Source of the DNA: a virus
Virus record (IMG/VR): IMGVR_UViG_3300045988_127440
Location: 1-40,517 of that record
Direction: 5' to 3' (one strand)
Length of the DNA stretch: 40,517 bases
A program made the translations under genes and the position numbers. Below the pieces are notes generated by a model that was not told where the DNA came from, searched no databases, and saw only the letters and a program-made list of their open reading frames with translations. Positions 7,767-14,535 of the stretch are shown one piece after another (the first letter of the stretch is position 1; each line of letters opens with the position of its first letter).

Positions 7767-7796
7767 TTGCTTTATCTTACTTAAATATGTTAAAAT
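7767..7796 (+). promoter_or_regulatory. Candidate promoter of the plus-strand RHH gene (TTGCTT-18-TGtTAAAAT)
   Basis: Hand-read. A degenerate third repeat tttatcttac overlaps the -35. Confidence 0.4.
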
Positions 7797-7823
7797 GTAA
7801 ATAAAAAATAAAGGTGGTGTGTT

Positions 7824-7973
7824 ATGACAACTAAACAATTTACATTTAGAATGCCAAATGATTTAAGAGAAAAACTAGAGCAAATAGCAATTAAAGAAGA
7901 TAGGACTTTATCAAATCTAATAATTAAAATTTTAAAAGATTATGTTAAAGTTAACTCGGAGAAAGGAGAATAA
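7824..7973 (+). CDS. Ribbon-helix-helix (Arc/CopG-like) protein, 49 aa, not in ORF track
   Basis: MTTKQFTFRMPNDLREKLEQIAIKEDRTLSNLIIKILKDYVKVNSEKGE. RBS AAGGTGGTG. Followed by the hairpin GAAAGGAG-N6-CTCCTTTC and a T-run. Confidence 0.6.
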   Translation: MTTKQFTFRMPNDLREKLEQIAIKEDRTLSNLIIKILKDYVKVNSEKGE

Positions 7974-8011
7974 ACTCCTTTCTTTTTTTATTGCTCCCCT
8001 CCCTAGTTTCT

Positions 8012-8587
8012 CTATATAGTTTGCTTACTGTCAATCTTAGCTTGTAATTTACTCCAATGAAATCCACCTGCTGTTTTTTGTTTCCCTCTGCAACATGCGG
8101 AAATACAACTTCTATTTATTTTGGTCTTATCAGCAGCTTCTTGAATGCAACTATAAGTTATACCTGTTTCTATACATAAAATTTTTTCAGCTTGATAATT
8201 ATCACCATAAGCGAATTGTCCCTTTCTATGTTCAGATATTCTTCCTTTTACTGTTCCATAATTGAGATTATATTTTTGAGTACACCATTCTAAATTTTCA
8301 ACACAATTATTAAGTTTATTTTCGTCCTTATGATTAATTATCGGATAATTATTTGGGTTTGGTATAAATGTCTTTGCTACTAATCTATGAACTAAAAAAC
8401 TTTTTTGAGTTTTGTTTTTATTTAAATTTATCATTTCATATTTACAGTTTTTTCTAAAATAAGGTTTCTTTATTTTTTTAGTTTTTAAAATTTTAACTTC
8501 TCCTAAATTACTTATCTGATAAATTCCTTCATAACCTTCTATATCTTTCCAAATTCTTTTAGGTAACATCATATTAATTTTCTCCAT
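8012..8587 (-). CDS. HNH homing endonuclease (NUMOD4 + HNH_3 + NUMOD/IENR-like)
   Basis: WKDIEGYEGIYQISNLGEV, INHKDENKLNNCVENLEWCTQKYN and a C-terminal GGFHW. Confidence 0.85.
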   Translation of the reverse strand: MEKINMMLPKRIWKDIEGYEGIYQISNLGEVKILKTKKIKKPYFRKNCKYEMINLNKNKTQKSFLVHRLVAKTFIPNPNNYPIINHKDENKLNNCVENLEWCTQKYNLNYGTVKGRISEHRKGQFAYGDNYQAEKILCIETGITYSCIQEAADKTKINRSCISACCRGKQKTAGGFHWSKLQAKIDSKQTI

Positions 8588-9239
8588 TCCCTATAAGATT
8601 TTCATATCCTAAACATACTGTATCGTACTGTTGTTTATTTAAATTTTTAGGCTCTACATTAAATTTCTTAAAAATTTGCTCTTTTACTTTATCATTATTA
8701 AATCCTGCTTTATATCCTAGTGCATATAATCTAGCTAACTGCTTGTCCGATAATTTTTTAGAATTATAATTATTGCTATAACTTCTTTGTGCTTCGGTTG
8801 GTGGTTTAGAATCAGCATCATCTTCATCTGTTGGTATTCCTAAGAACTTCAATAGAAAGTATCTTTCGTTGTATGTTAGTGCTGTCCCCATAGCCTTGCT
8901 GATATCATCTGTTTGTTGTCCAATACAAACCCAAGGAACTACCAATTTATCTGTTGGTTCTTCGGCATTAATCCATGTGTATGTCATTTTTGCAGTAACT
9001 ATAAAATCTAATTTTTCTTTTCCTTTTGCTGTTACATATTCATGTTTTTCCCAATGAAATGTACTATAATCTATCTCTGGTACTAATAACACTCCTAGCT
9101 CGTCCATTTTATCTTTAATAGCTCTTAAAATTTGAGTTCCACTTACAAATATATAGTCATATCCTTTAGTGTCTTTTGAAAAGCCTTTGATATTTTTTCT
9201 TATTTCTACTAGCTTTTGATGCAAGTTCATGTTATTCAC
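8574..9239 (-). CDS. erf: ERF-family single-strand annealing recombinase
   Basis: N-terminus LHQKLVEIRKNIKGFSKDTKGYDYIFVSGTQIL is typical of ERF. Confidence 0.8.
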   Translation of the reverse strand: MNNMNLHQKLVEIRKNIKGFSKDTKGYDYIFVSGTQILRAIKDKMDELGVLLVPEIDYSTFHWEKHEYVTAKGKEKLDFIVTAKMTYTWINAEEPTDKLVVPWVCIGQQTDDISKAMGTALTYNERYFLLKFLGIPTDEDDADSKPPTEAQRSYSNNYNSKKLSDKQLARLYALGYKAGFNNDKVKEQIFKKFNVEPKNLNKQQYDTVCLGYENLIGNGEN

Positions 9240-9525
9240 CTTCCTTTTCTAATTCTTCTATATTAAGTCGTAAAGCATATAATAAACTGCTTTCGTAACT
9301 ATCATGTTTTCTATTTCCTATTTTTTCGTATGTTCCTATGTAATGTCTTTTAAAATCTCCTATTGTCATGTTTTTTCTGTTATTTAAAGCAAATTCTGCT
9401 CCTTCTATAAATCCTAGTCTGCCTAAATCATCTGAACTTCTAGAAAGTCTAACTAGGAATAATCTTTGTTCTAGTGTTTTTATATCTGAGTTTTTAACTC
9501 CTTCTGATTTTAATTGAATTTTCAT
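9232..9525 (-). CDS. Hypothetical protein (97 aa)
   Basis: ORF track. Overlaps the erf start by 8 nt. Confidence 0.5.
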   Translation of the reverse strand: MKIQLKSEGVKNSDIKTLEQRLFLVRLSRSSDDLGRLGFIEGAEFALNNRKNMTIGDFKRHYIGTYEKIGNRKHDSYESSLLYALRLNIEELEKEGE

Positions 9526-9597
9526 CTTCCGAGTTCCCCTTTGCTTATGTTATAATTAATTAAACGTTAATAAATGAACACTTATTATATGTCTTTT

Positions 9598-9633
9598 GTA
9601 CCTCCCTAGTCACCATTAGAGAGGTACTTTTTT
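9598..9633 (+). terminator. Hairpin GTACCTC...GAGGTAC followed by T6 (plus-strand orientation)
   Basis: Seen in the 9526-9634 intergenic gap. Confidence 0.4.
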
Positions 9634-9634
9634 G

Positions 9635-9862
9635 TTATGCGATAAAATCCAGGTATGCATGATCTAAGATGTCGTATAACTCTACTTCTTGTTGTTTGTA
9701 TTTTGAGTATGCCTTGTTGATAATAGCTTCTTTTTCTTCTGTTGGTATGTCAGTTCTTCCTGAGTTGTCTAAGAATATTTTGTAGTATGCTAAGTAGTTT
9801 TTCTTGTCTTGAGCTTCAACAAGCTCTTTTACATCTTCATAGATTTGTTTTTTACTCTTCAT
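9635..9862 (-). CDS. Hypothetical acidic protein (75 aa)
   Basis: ORF track. Confidence 0.5.
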   Translation of the reverse strand: MKSKKQIYEDVKELVEAQDKKNYLAYYKIFLDNSGRTDIPTEEKEAIINKAYSKYKQQEVELYDILDHAYLDFIA

Positions 9863-9875
9863 TTGTTATTCCCCC

Positions 9876-9980
9876 TTATCTCCAGTTACATTTTGAGTTC
9901 ATTAACTCTATAAGTTGCTTTACAGTCATGTTTGGATATTTATTTGCTAAGTAGTTTAGAACTTCTGGTGTACATTTCAT
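9876..9980 (-). CDS. Possible 34-aa protein, not in ORF track
   Basis: MKCTPEVLNYLANKYPNMTVKQLIELMNSKCNWR, preceded by a strong RBS AAGGAGGTGG. Confidence 0.35.
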   Translation of the reverse strand: MKCTPEVLNYLANKYPNMTVKQLIELMNSKCNWR

Positions 9981-9993
9981 CTAACCACCTCCT

Positions 9994-10176
9994 TTATACA
10001 GCTTTCATATTTCTTCTTTTGCATTCCCCTAGTTGATAAAATATTTCTTCGTCTTTTCTGTCTTTAAATAACTTGTTGCATACGTTGTAGACCGCTTCTA
10101 AGTTCTCTCTAGAAGGTGTTAATGGACTTTTTACAGTTATCTTAACCCCTCCATTTTGATATATTTTTTCTTTCAT
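9994..10176 (-). CDS. Hypothetical protein (60 aa)
   Basis: ORF track. Confidence 0.45.
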   Translation of the reverse strand: MKEKIYQNGGVKITVKSPLTPSRENLEAVYNVCNKLFKDRKDEEIFYQLGECKRRNMKAV

Positions 10177-10215
10177 ATTGCACCCCCTAATAAAATATGT
10201 TGCCTAAAATTTGTC

Positions 10216-10299
10216 CTATTCGTGGATGCTTCTCCACCAAGCTCCAAATACGAAGCCTATGTTAAATATGATTACTACTGCTATGTATTTCGCTATCAT
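10216..10299 (-). CDS. Possible 27-aa hydrophobic peptide, not in ORF track
   Basis: MIAKYIAVVIIFNIGFVFGAWWRSIHE with an AGGAGG RBS. Confidence 0.3.
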   Translation of the reverse strand: MIAKYIAVVIIFNIGFVFGAWWRSIHE

Positions 10300-10307
10300 G
10301 ATGCCTC

Positions 10308-10511
10308 CTATCTGCTATAATCAACTACTGTGTTATTGCCTTGTTTTCTAAGTAGTGCAAACTTGTTTTGTAACACGTGAAACATTTTTATTTCTGCTTG
10401 GTATGGAGTTATGATGCTCCATTCTTCTCTAAAACCTCTAGCTCTTAATATGTCTGATACTACTTCTACTTCTTTTTTTATGAAGTGTTCTGTTCCTGTG
10501 TATATCGCCAT
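10308..10511 (-). CDS. Hypothetical protein (67 aa)
   Basis: ORF track. Confidence 0.5.
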   Translation of the reverse strand: MAIYTGTEHFIKKEVEVVSDILRARGFREEWSIITPYQAEIKMFHVLQNKFALLRKQGNNTVVDYSR

Positions 10512-10539
10512 ATTTAGTTACCCCCTAAATTAATACTTC

Positions 10540-11337
10540 TTATTTACTTTTTTCGTTTTCTTCTAGTAATTTTTCAAGATCTTTTTCTTTCAGAAGTTTT
10601 TCAATGATTTTTATTTCACCTTTACCAGTTACTCTTGTTGTTCTAAATGTGAATGTTCCTCTTGCTGTTTTCTTAGTACCTTCTGATACTTCTAAATAAC
10701 CTCTTTCAACTGCATATTGAGTAGCTTCTGTTGAGTTTTTACATACCCAGCCCCAACTTCTCAGTCTTTCATATAATCTTCTTTCTCCTATAAGTATCTT
10801 GCTATTTGATTTTGAGATTGCTTTAGCAGTTTCTCTAACTAATTTTGTGTTTTGTGATATAGATATTTGAGTTATCACTCTGTCTTTTTCTGCAATTTCT
10901 TTTTTAGCATCTTCCAGTAATTTGTTTTTATTGTCTATTGTCTTTTGCGCTACTATTAAAGCTTTAGCCATTATTGTTTCATCATCTTCGTCTTCATCGT
11001 GTGGTATGTAGCCACCAGTTTTTCTAATTTGTTTTAATATTTCTTTTACTTTCTTTTTGAATTGTTTTGCTATTGGTTTTCTACTTTGCATTAATACCTC
11101 GTAAAGTCCATCTTCTGTTAAAAATAAGGCAGTATAACTATTAGTTAGAGTGCTTAATTGATGTCTTGCGACTTCTGCATCGTCTAAATCAGCATCTTTA
11201 ACCATTTTGCTAGGATTGCTATGTTCTATCCAATTCGCTACATCTTTAGCTAAAAACAATGGATTTTCTTCTGTTCCATAAATTTTAAAATCTTGTCCCA
11301 AAACTTCTTGATTATAAATTACTTGTAATTCTTTCAT
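10540..11337 (-). CDS. Antirepressor, Bro-N + KilAC (ANT) domains
   Basis: Bro-N: FKIYGTEENPLFLAKDVANWIEH. KilAC: GERRLYERLRSWGWVCK...QYAVERGYLE. Confidence 0.8.
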   Translation of the reverse strand: MKELQVIYNQEVLGQDFKIYGTEENPLFLAKDVANWIEHSNPSKMVKDADLDDAEVARHQLSTLTNSYTALFLTEDGLYEVLMQSRKPIAKQFKKKVKEILKQIRKTGGYIPHDEDEDDETIMAKALIVAQKTIDNKNKLLEDAKKEIAEKDRVITQISISQNTKLVRETAKAISKSNSKILIGERRLYERLRSWGWVCKNSTEATQYAVERGYLEVSEGTKKTARGTFTFRTTRVTGKGEIKIIEKLLKEKDLEKLLEENEKSK

Positions 11338-11774
11338 ATTAAATTACCTCCTAAAAGTCCTCTTTTGTTGACTTCATTCAATAACTGTTCATCTGTATAC
11401 TGTGAAAGTATTTGAGTTACCTTTTGATTTTCTTTTTCTTGTCTTTTAAAATATTTTTGTACCTTTTCTTTCATTTTTTTATCAGTTATAAATCTTATAT
11501 GTTCTACACAATAATTAAGCACTATTGTTACGAGTTCATCAGCATTTATAAATGATGATTCTATGTCAATTTCATCAAAATATCTAAACCCTTCATCAGA
11601 ATTATCTCCTAAATAAACATTTATCCAAGGGAATCTTTCATCTAGTGTAAATTTAAGGCTACTTCCTATTTCTATCACTCTAATATTTGCAAATTCTATT
11701 TTTATATCTCCACAATAAGTAAATTCTAATTTTTTATTATCTTCCATGTTTAAATCCTCCTTAGTTAAAGTCAA
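11334..11774 (-). CDS. Hypothetical protein (146 aa)
   Basis: ORF track. Sits between the two antirepressor genes, with overlapping stop/start codons. Confidence 0.55.
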   Translation of the reverse strand: MTLTKEDLNMEDNKKLEFTYCGDIKIEFANIRVIEIGSSLKFTLDERFPWINVYLGDNSDEGFRYFDEIDIESSFINADELVTIVLNYCVEHIRFITDKKMKEKVQKYFKRQEKENQKVTQILSQYTDEQLLNEVNKRGLLGGNLI

Positions 11775-12600
11775 AACATTGTTGTTCTTGTTGATTTTCT
11801 AAAATTGTTTTATAGCCATTTTTTCTTAAAATGTCATGGATAAACTTTTTACCAGCTTGAGTCCATCTTGTCTGAGGTTTAGCATTCGGTATATCTGGTT
11901 GATATGGTCCTGTATATCCCTTACCTTGATACTTAGCATATAAAAGCCATTGACCATTTTGCTTATATTGAACTCCTAACTCATGGAGTAATGCATTCAA
12001 ACCTTGACCAGCCATTCCAAAATCTTTAGCTATTTGAGTTGGAGTTAATAATGTTTTTTTATCTTCTAAAACTCTTTCTGCATATTCTGCATGAGGTTTT
12101 AATTCGTTTATTGCATCTGACTGTTTTTCTATTGTGTCTATTAGAGGTTTAGTTATAACTCCCTCATATTGTTTTAAAGCTCCTATTCTCTCCATTTCAT
12201 CACCATTTAGGATTTGTAACTGCAGCATTTGTTTTTCTGTTAACTGAGGTACTTGTTGTTCTTTTATGTACTGTTCCATTTCCTCAAATTTATTCATATA
12301 TCTTATAGTGAATAAATCTCCCTTTTCTCCAGTTGTTTTATGTGCTAGAAATTCACAGCCTTTTTTAGTTACTTGATACTCTTTTCTTGTTTCACCTTTT
12401 GCATCTTTGTAAGAACTTAATTGCCATAAATCAACCAACGAAAAATTTCGTTCGTTAACTTTTTCTAGTATTGTTGTATGTCTTTCTATTTTTCCTATTA
12501 AATCTGCATGTCTAACTTCCATCATTTCAGCCACTTCTCTTGATGATACTGTTTGTACTATTCTTTCTACAGTTTTGTTCATTTCGTTTATGTAATCCAT
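11761..12600 (-). CDS. Antirepressor/regulator, Rha + KilAC domains
   Basis: Rha-like VSSREVAEMMEVRHADLIGKIER. KilAC-like LTPTQIAKDFGMAGQGLNALLHELGVQYKQNGQWLL. Confidence 0.8.
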   Translation of the reverse strand: MDYINEMNKTVERIVQTVSSREVAEMMEVRHADLIGKIERHTTILEKVNERNFSLVDLWQLSSYKDAKGETRKEYQVTKKGCEFLAHKTTGEKGDLFTIRYMNKFEEMEQYIKEQQVPQLTEKQMLQLQILNGDEMERIGALKQYEGVITKPLIDTIEKQSDAINELKPHAEYAERVLEDKKTLLTPTQIAKDFGMAGQGLNALLHELGVQYKQNGQWLLYAKYQGKGYTGPYQPDIPNAKPQTRWTQAGKKFIHDILRKNGYKTILENQQEQQCFDFN

Positions 12601-12619
12601 GTTATTTAATCCCCCTTAA

Positions 12620-12862
12620 TTACAAATTACTGCATACTTTTCTTGATTGAGTATCCTTTATGTGGACTTCATGACTAAAAAAAAGTTCTTCTATGCTGAC
12701 GTCAAATAAATCAGCCATCGTCTTAGCTTCGGTTAATGTTATTTTTCTTCTTCCTGTTTCTTTATTTGCATAACTTGTTTTAGTTACTCCTAATACTTTT
12801 GCTAAATCTTCTTGAGTGTAACCATATACATTTCTGTATATTTTTAAATTCATCAAGTTCAT
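12620..12862 (-). CDS. Cro-like XRE-family HTH regulator
   Basis: YTQEDLAKVLGVTKTSYANKETGRRKITLTEAKTMADLF. First gene of the early operon, divergent from the repressor. Confidence 0.8.
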   Translation of the reverse strand: MNLMNLKIYRNVYGYTQEDLAKVLGVTKTSYANKETGRRKITLTEAKTMADLFDVSIEELFFSHEVHIKDTQSRKVCSNL

Positions 12863-12894
12863 TCTTGCACCTCCTTGATTTAATTTATACTTTT

Positions 12895-12923
12895 ATTATA
12901 TATACGTTTCGTGTACTTGTCAA
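12895..12923 (-). promoter_or_regulatory. Early promoter, consensus TTGACA-17-TATAAT (minus strand)
   Basis: Minus strand reads ttgacaagtacacgaaacgtatatataat, upstream of the RBS AAGGAGGTG and the cro-like ATG. Confidence 0.7.
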
Positions 12924-12926
12924 TAG

Positions 12927-12939
12927 TTTTTCCGAAAAA
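12927..12939. promoter_or_regulatory. 13-bp perfect palindrome TTTTTCCGAAAAA (candidate operator)
   Basis: Abuts the -35 of the early promoter. Confidence 0.5.
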
Positions 12940-13082
12940 GTTTTCTGTTTGTTATACTTTCTTGAAATAACAATTATTTGTTCGATTAAATATGTTATAA
13001 TCACTTTATAATTTAGAGGGAATAGTATTCAGAAAGTAGAATATTATATATAGAGGGAAATGAGTGAGAAAGAAGGAAAAAC

Positions 13083-13412
13083 ATGATGAAAACACAAGGA
13101 AATATACTAAGAGAATTGCGACTGGAAAAAGATATTACGCAGGAAGATTTGGGAAAAGTTTTGAACGTAAGTAAACAAACTGTAAACAATTGGGAGAATA
13201 ATAGAAGAAAATGTGATTCAGATACTTTGTTTAAGTTAGCAAAATTTTTCGGTGTTACAGTTGATTATTTGTTAGGGATTAATGAAAATAAAAAACCTAT
13301 CGAAGATCTAACAGAAAAGCAAAAGCAAGCACTTCAGCTGGCAGACCAATTATCTGATGAAGAATTCAACAATATAATAAAGCTTGTAATAAGCATGAAA
13401 AGAGGGACTTAA
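13083..13412 (+). CDS. CI-like XRE-family HTH repressor (109 aa, no S24 peptidase domain)
   Basis: ITQEDLGKVLNVSKQTVNNWENNRRKCDSDTLFKLAKFFGVTVDYLLG. Heads the plus-strand lysogeny module. Confidence 0.8.
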   Translation: MMKTQGNILRELRLEKDITQEDLGKVLNVSKQTVNNWENNRRKCDSDTLFKLAKFFGVTVDYLLGINENKKPIEDLTEKQKQALQLADQLSDEEFNNIIKLVISMKRGT

Positions 13413-13431
13413 TTTTAAGCCCCTCTTTTTT
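13401..13431. terminator. Bidirectional terminator between convergent genes
   Basis: AGAGGGACTT-loop-AAGCCCCTCT flanked by A- and T-runs. Confidence 0.55.
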
Positions 13432-13549
13432 ACACAGATTTATTTTTTTCTACTTGTTTTTGCATTTTTTTTATTATATCTTCTAATATTTCATCGTCTA
13501 CTAATAATATTTCTTCTTTTCTTTCTAATAATACACTCTTTTCTTCCAA
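13430..13549 (-). CDS. Possible 39-aa acidic/basic helical protein (TTG start), not in ORF track
   Basis: (L/M)EEKSVLLERKEEILLVDDEILEDIIKKMQKQVEKNKSV. RBS AAGGGGGA 7 nt upstream. Confidence 0.3.
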   Translation of the reverse strand: MEEKSVLLERKEEILLVDDEILEDIIKKMQKQVEKNKSV

Positions 13550-13576
13550 ATAGATTCCCCCTTAACTCGTTTTTCA

Positions 13577-13592
13577 TAGAACAAATGTTCTA
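13577..13592. promoter_or_regulatory. Cheo-box-like LexA operator (GAAC-N4-GTTC)
   Basis: tAGAACaaatGTTCTa is a perfect palindrome about 30 nt upstream of the 39-aa minus-strand ORF and downstream of a TATAAT. Confidence 0.5.
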
Positions 13593-13837
13593 TTTTATTC
13601 TTTATATATATTATACACCAAGTCATAAGTTATATATATTATTTTTTAGAAATATTTATAATATTATTATACTACTAAACATTAAGTCAAAAGAGGTATT
13701 TTGAGGTATTTCGAAATATTTTATATGTATATAGGGGAAAAATTAATTTTTTATCAAATTATGTTGGAAAGTAATGCTATAAATATAGCTTTCTGCTACA
13801 ATTTAAGAAAAATGAAAAAGAGGGAGTATGGTGAGTT

Positions 13838-14470
13838 ATGAAGAAAATATTAAGTATTATATTATGTGCTATGTTGTGTATTAGTGTTACTGGATGCAGT
13901 TCTCAATCGAATAGTGATTCAGTTCAAGCAAGTTCAGAAAATGTTAAAGATACTAAAAATTATTCATTAGAATTAACAAACGGTACATTTAAAGTAGGTG
14001 AAGATTTAGATCCTGGAGAATATATTCTTGTAAAAAATGAAGGTGAATTTATGGGGAATTATGATATTACAACAGATACTACAGGAGATATGGAATCTTC
14101 TATTGATTCTAATGCCTTTGAAAACTTTAGTTATATAGAAGTTAAAAAAGGTCAATACTTACAATTAGATAAATGTACTTTATATATTCCAAGTGAATTA
14201 GGAGATAAATTTGATTTTTCTAATGAAAAAGAACTTACAAACGGAATGTTTAGAGTTGGAAAAGATGTAGAACCAGGAGAATATAAACTGGAAATAGCAA
14301 GCGATGATGATAATGCTCAAGGTTGGTATTCTTTATATAACAATTTAGGCAAAGGCTACAAAGGTGGTCCAGACTTACAAGATTCAGATTTCTTTTCTGG
14401 AAGCAAATTAATAACATTAAAAGAAGGTCAATATTTGAAATTAGACAGTAATACAAAAATTATAAAATAG
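13838..14470 (+). CDS. Lipoprotein with internal two-fold repeat (candidate superinfection exclusion)
   Basis: Signal peptide and lipobox LCISVTGC, then a Ser-rich linker. Repeats LTNGTFKVGEDLDPGEYILV / LTNGMFRVGKDVEPGEYKLE and KKGQYLQLDKCT / KEGQYLKLDSNT. Confidence 0.8.
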   Translation: MKKILSIILCAMLCISVTGCSSQSNSDSVQASSENVKDTKNYSLELTNGTFKVGEDLDPGEYILVKNEGEFMGNYDITTDTTGDMESSIDSNAFENFSYIEVKKGQYLQLDKCTLYIPSELGDKFDFSNEKELTNGMFRVGKDVEPGEYKLEIASDDDNAQGWYSLYNNLGKGYKGGPDLQDSDFFSGSKLITLKEGQYLKLDSNTKIIK

Positions 14471-14493
14471 AAATAATAATAGATAAACATCAG

Positions 14494-14525
14494 GGCAGTT
14501 TTACCAGCTGCTCTTTTTTTTAAGG
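14494..14525 (+). terminator. Rho-independent terminator after the lipoprotein gene
   Basis: AGGGCAG-loop-CTGCTCT followed by T8. Confidence 0.6.
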
Positions 14526-14535
14526 AGGAAATAAG

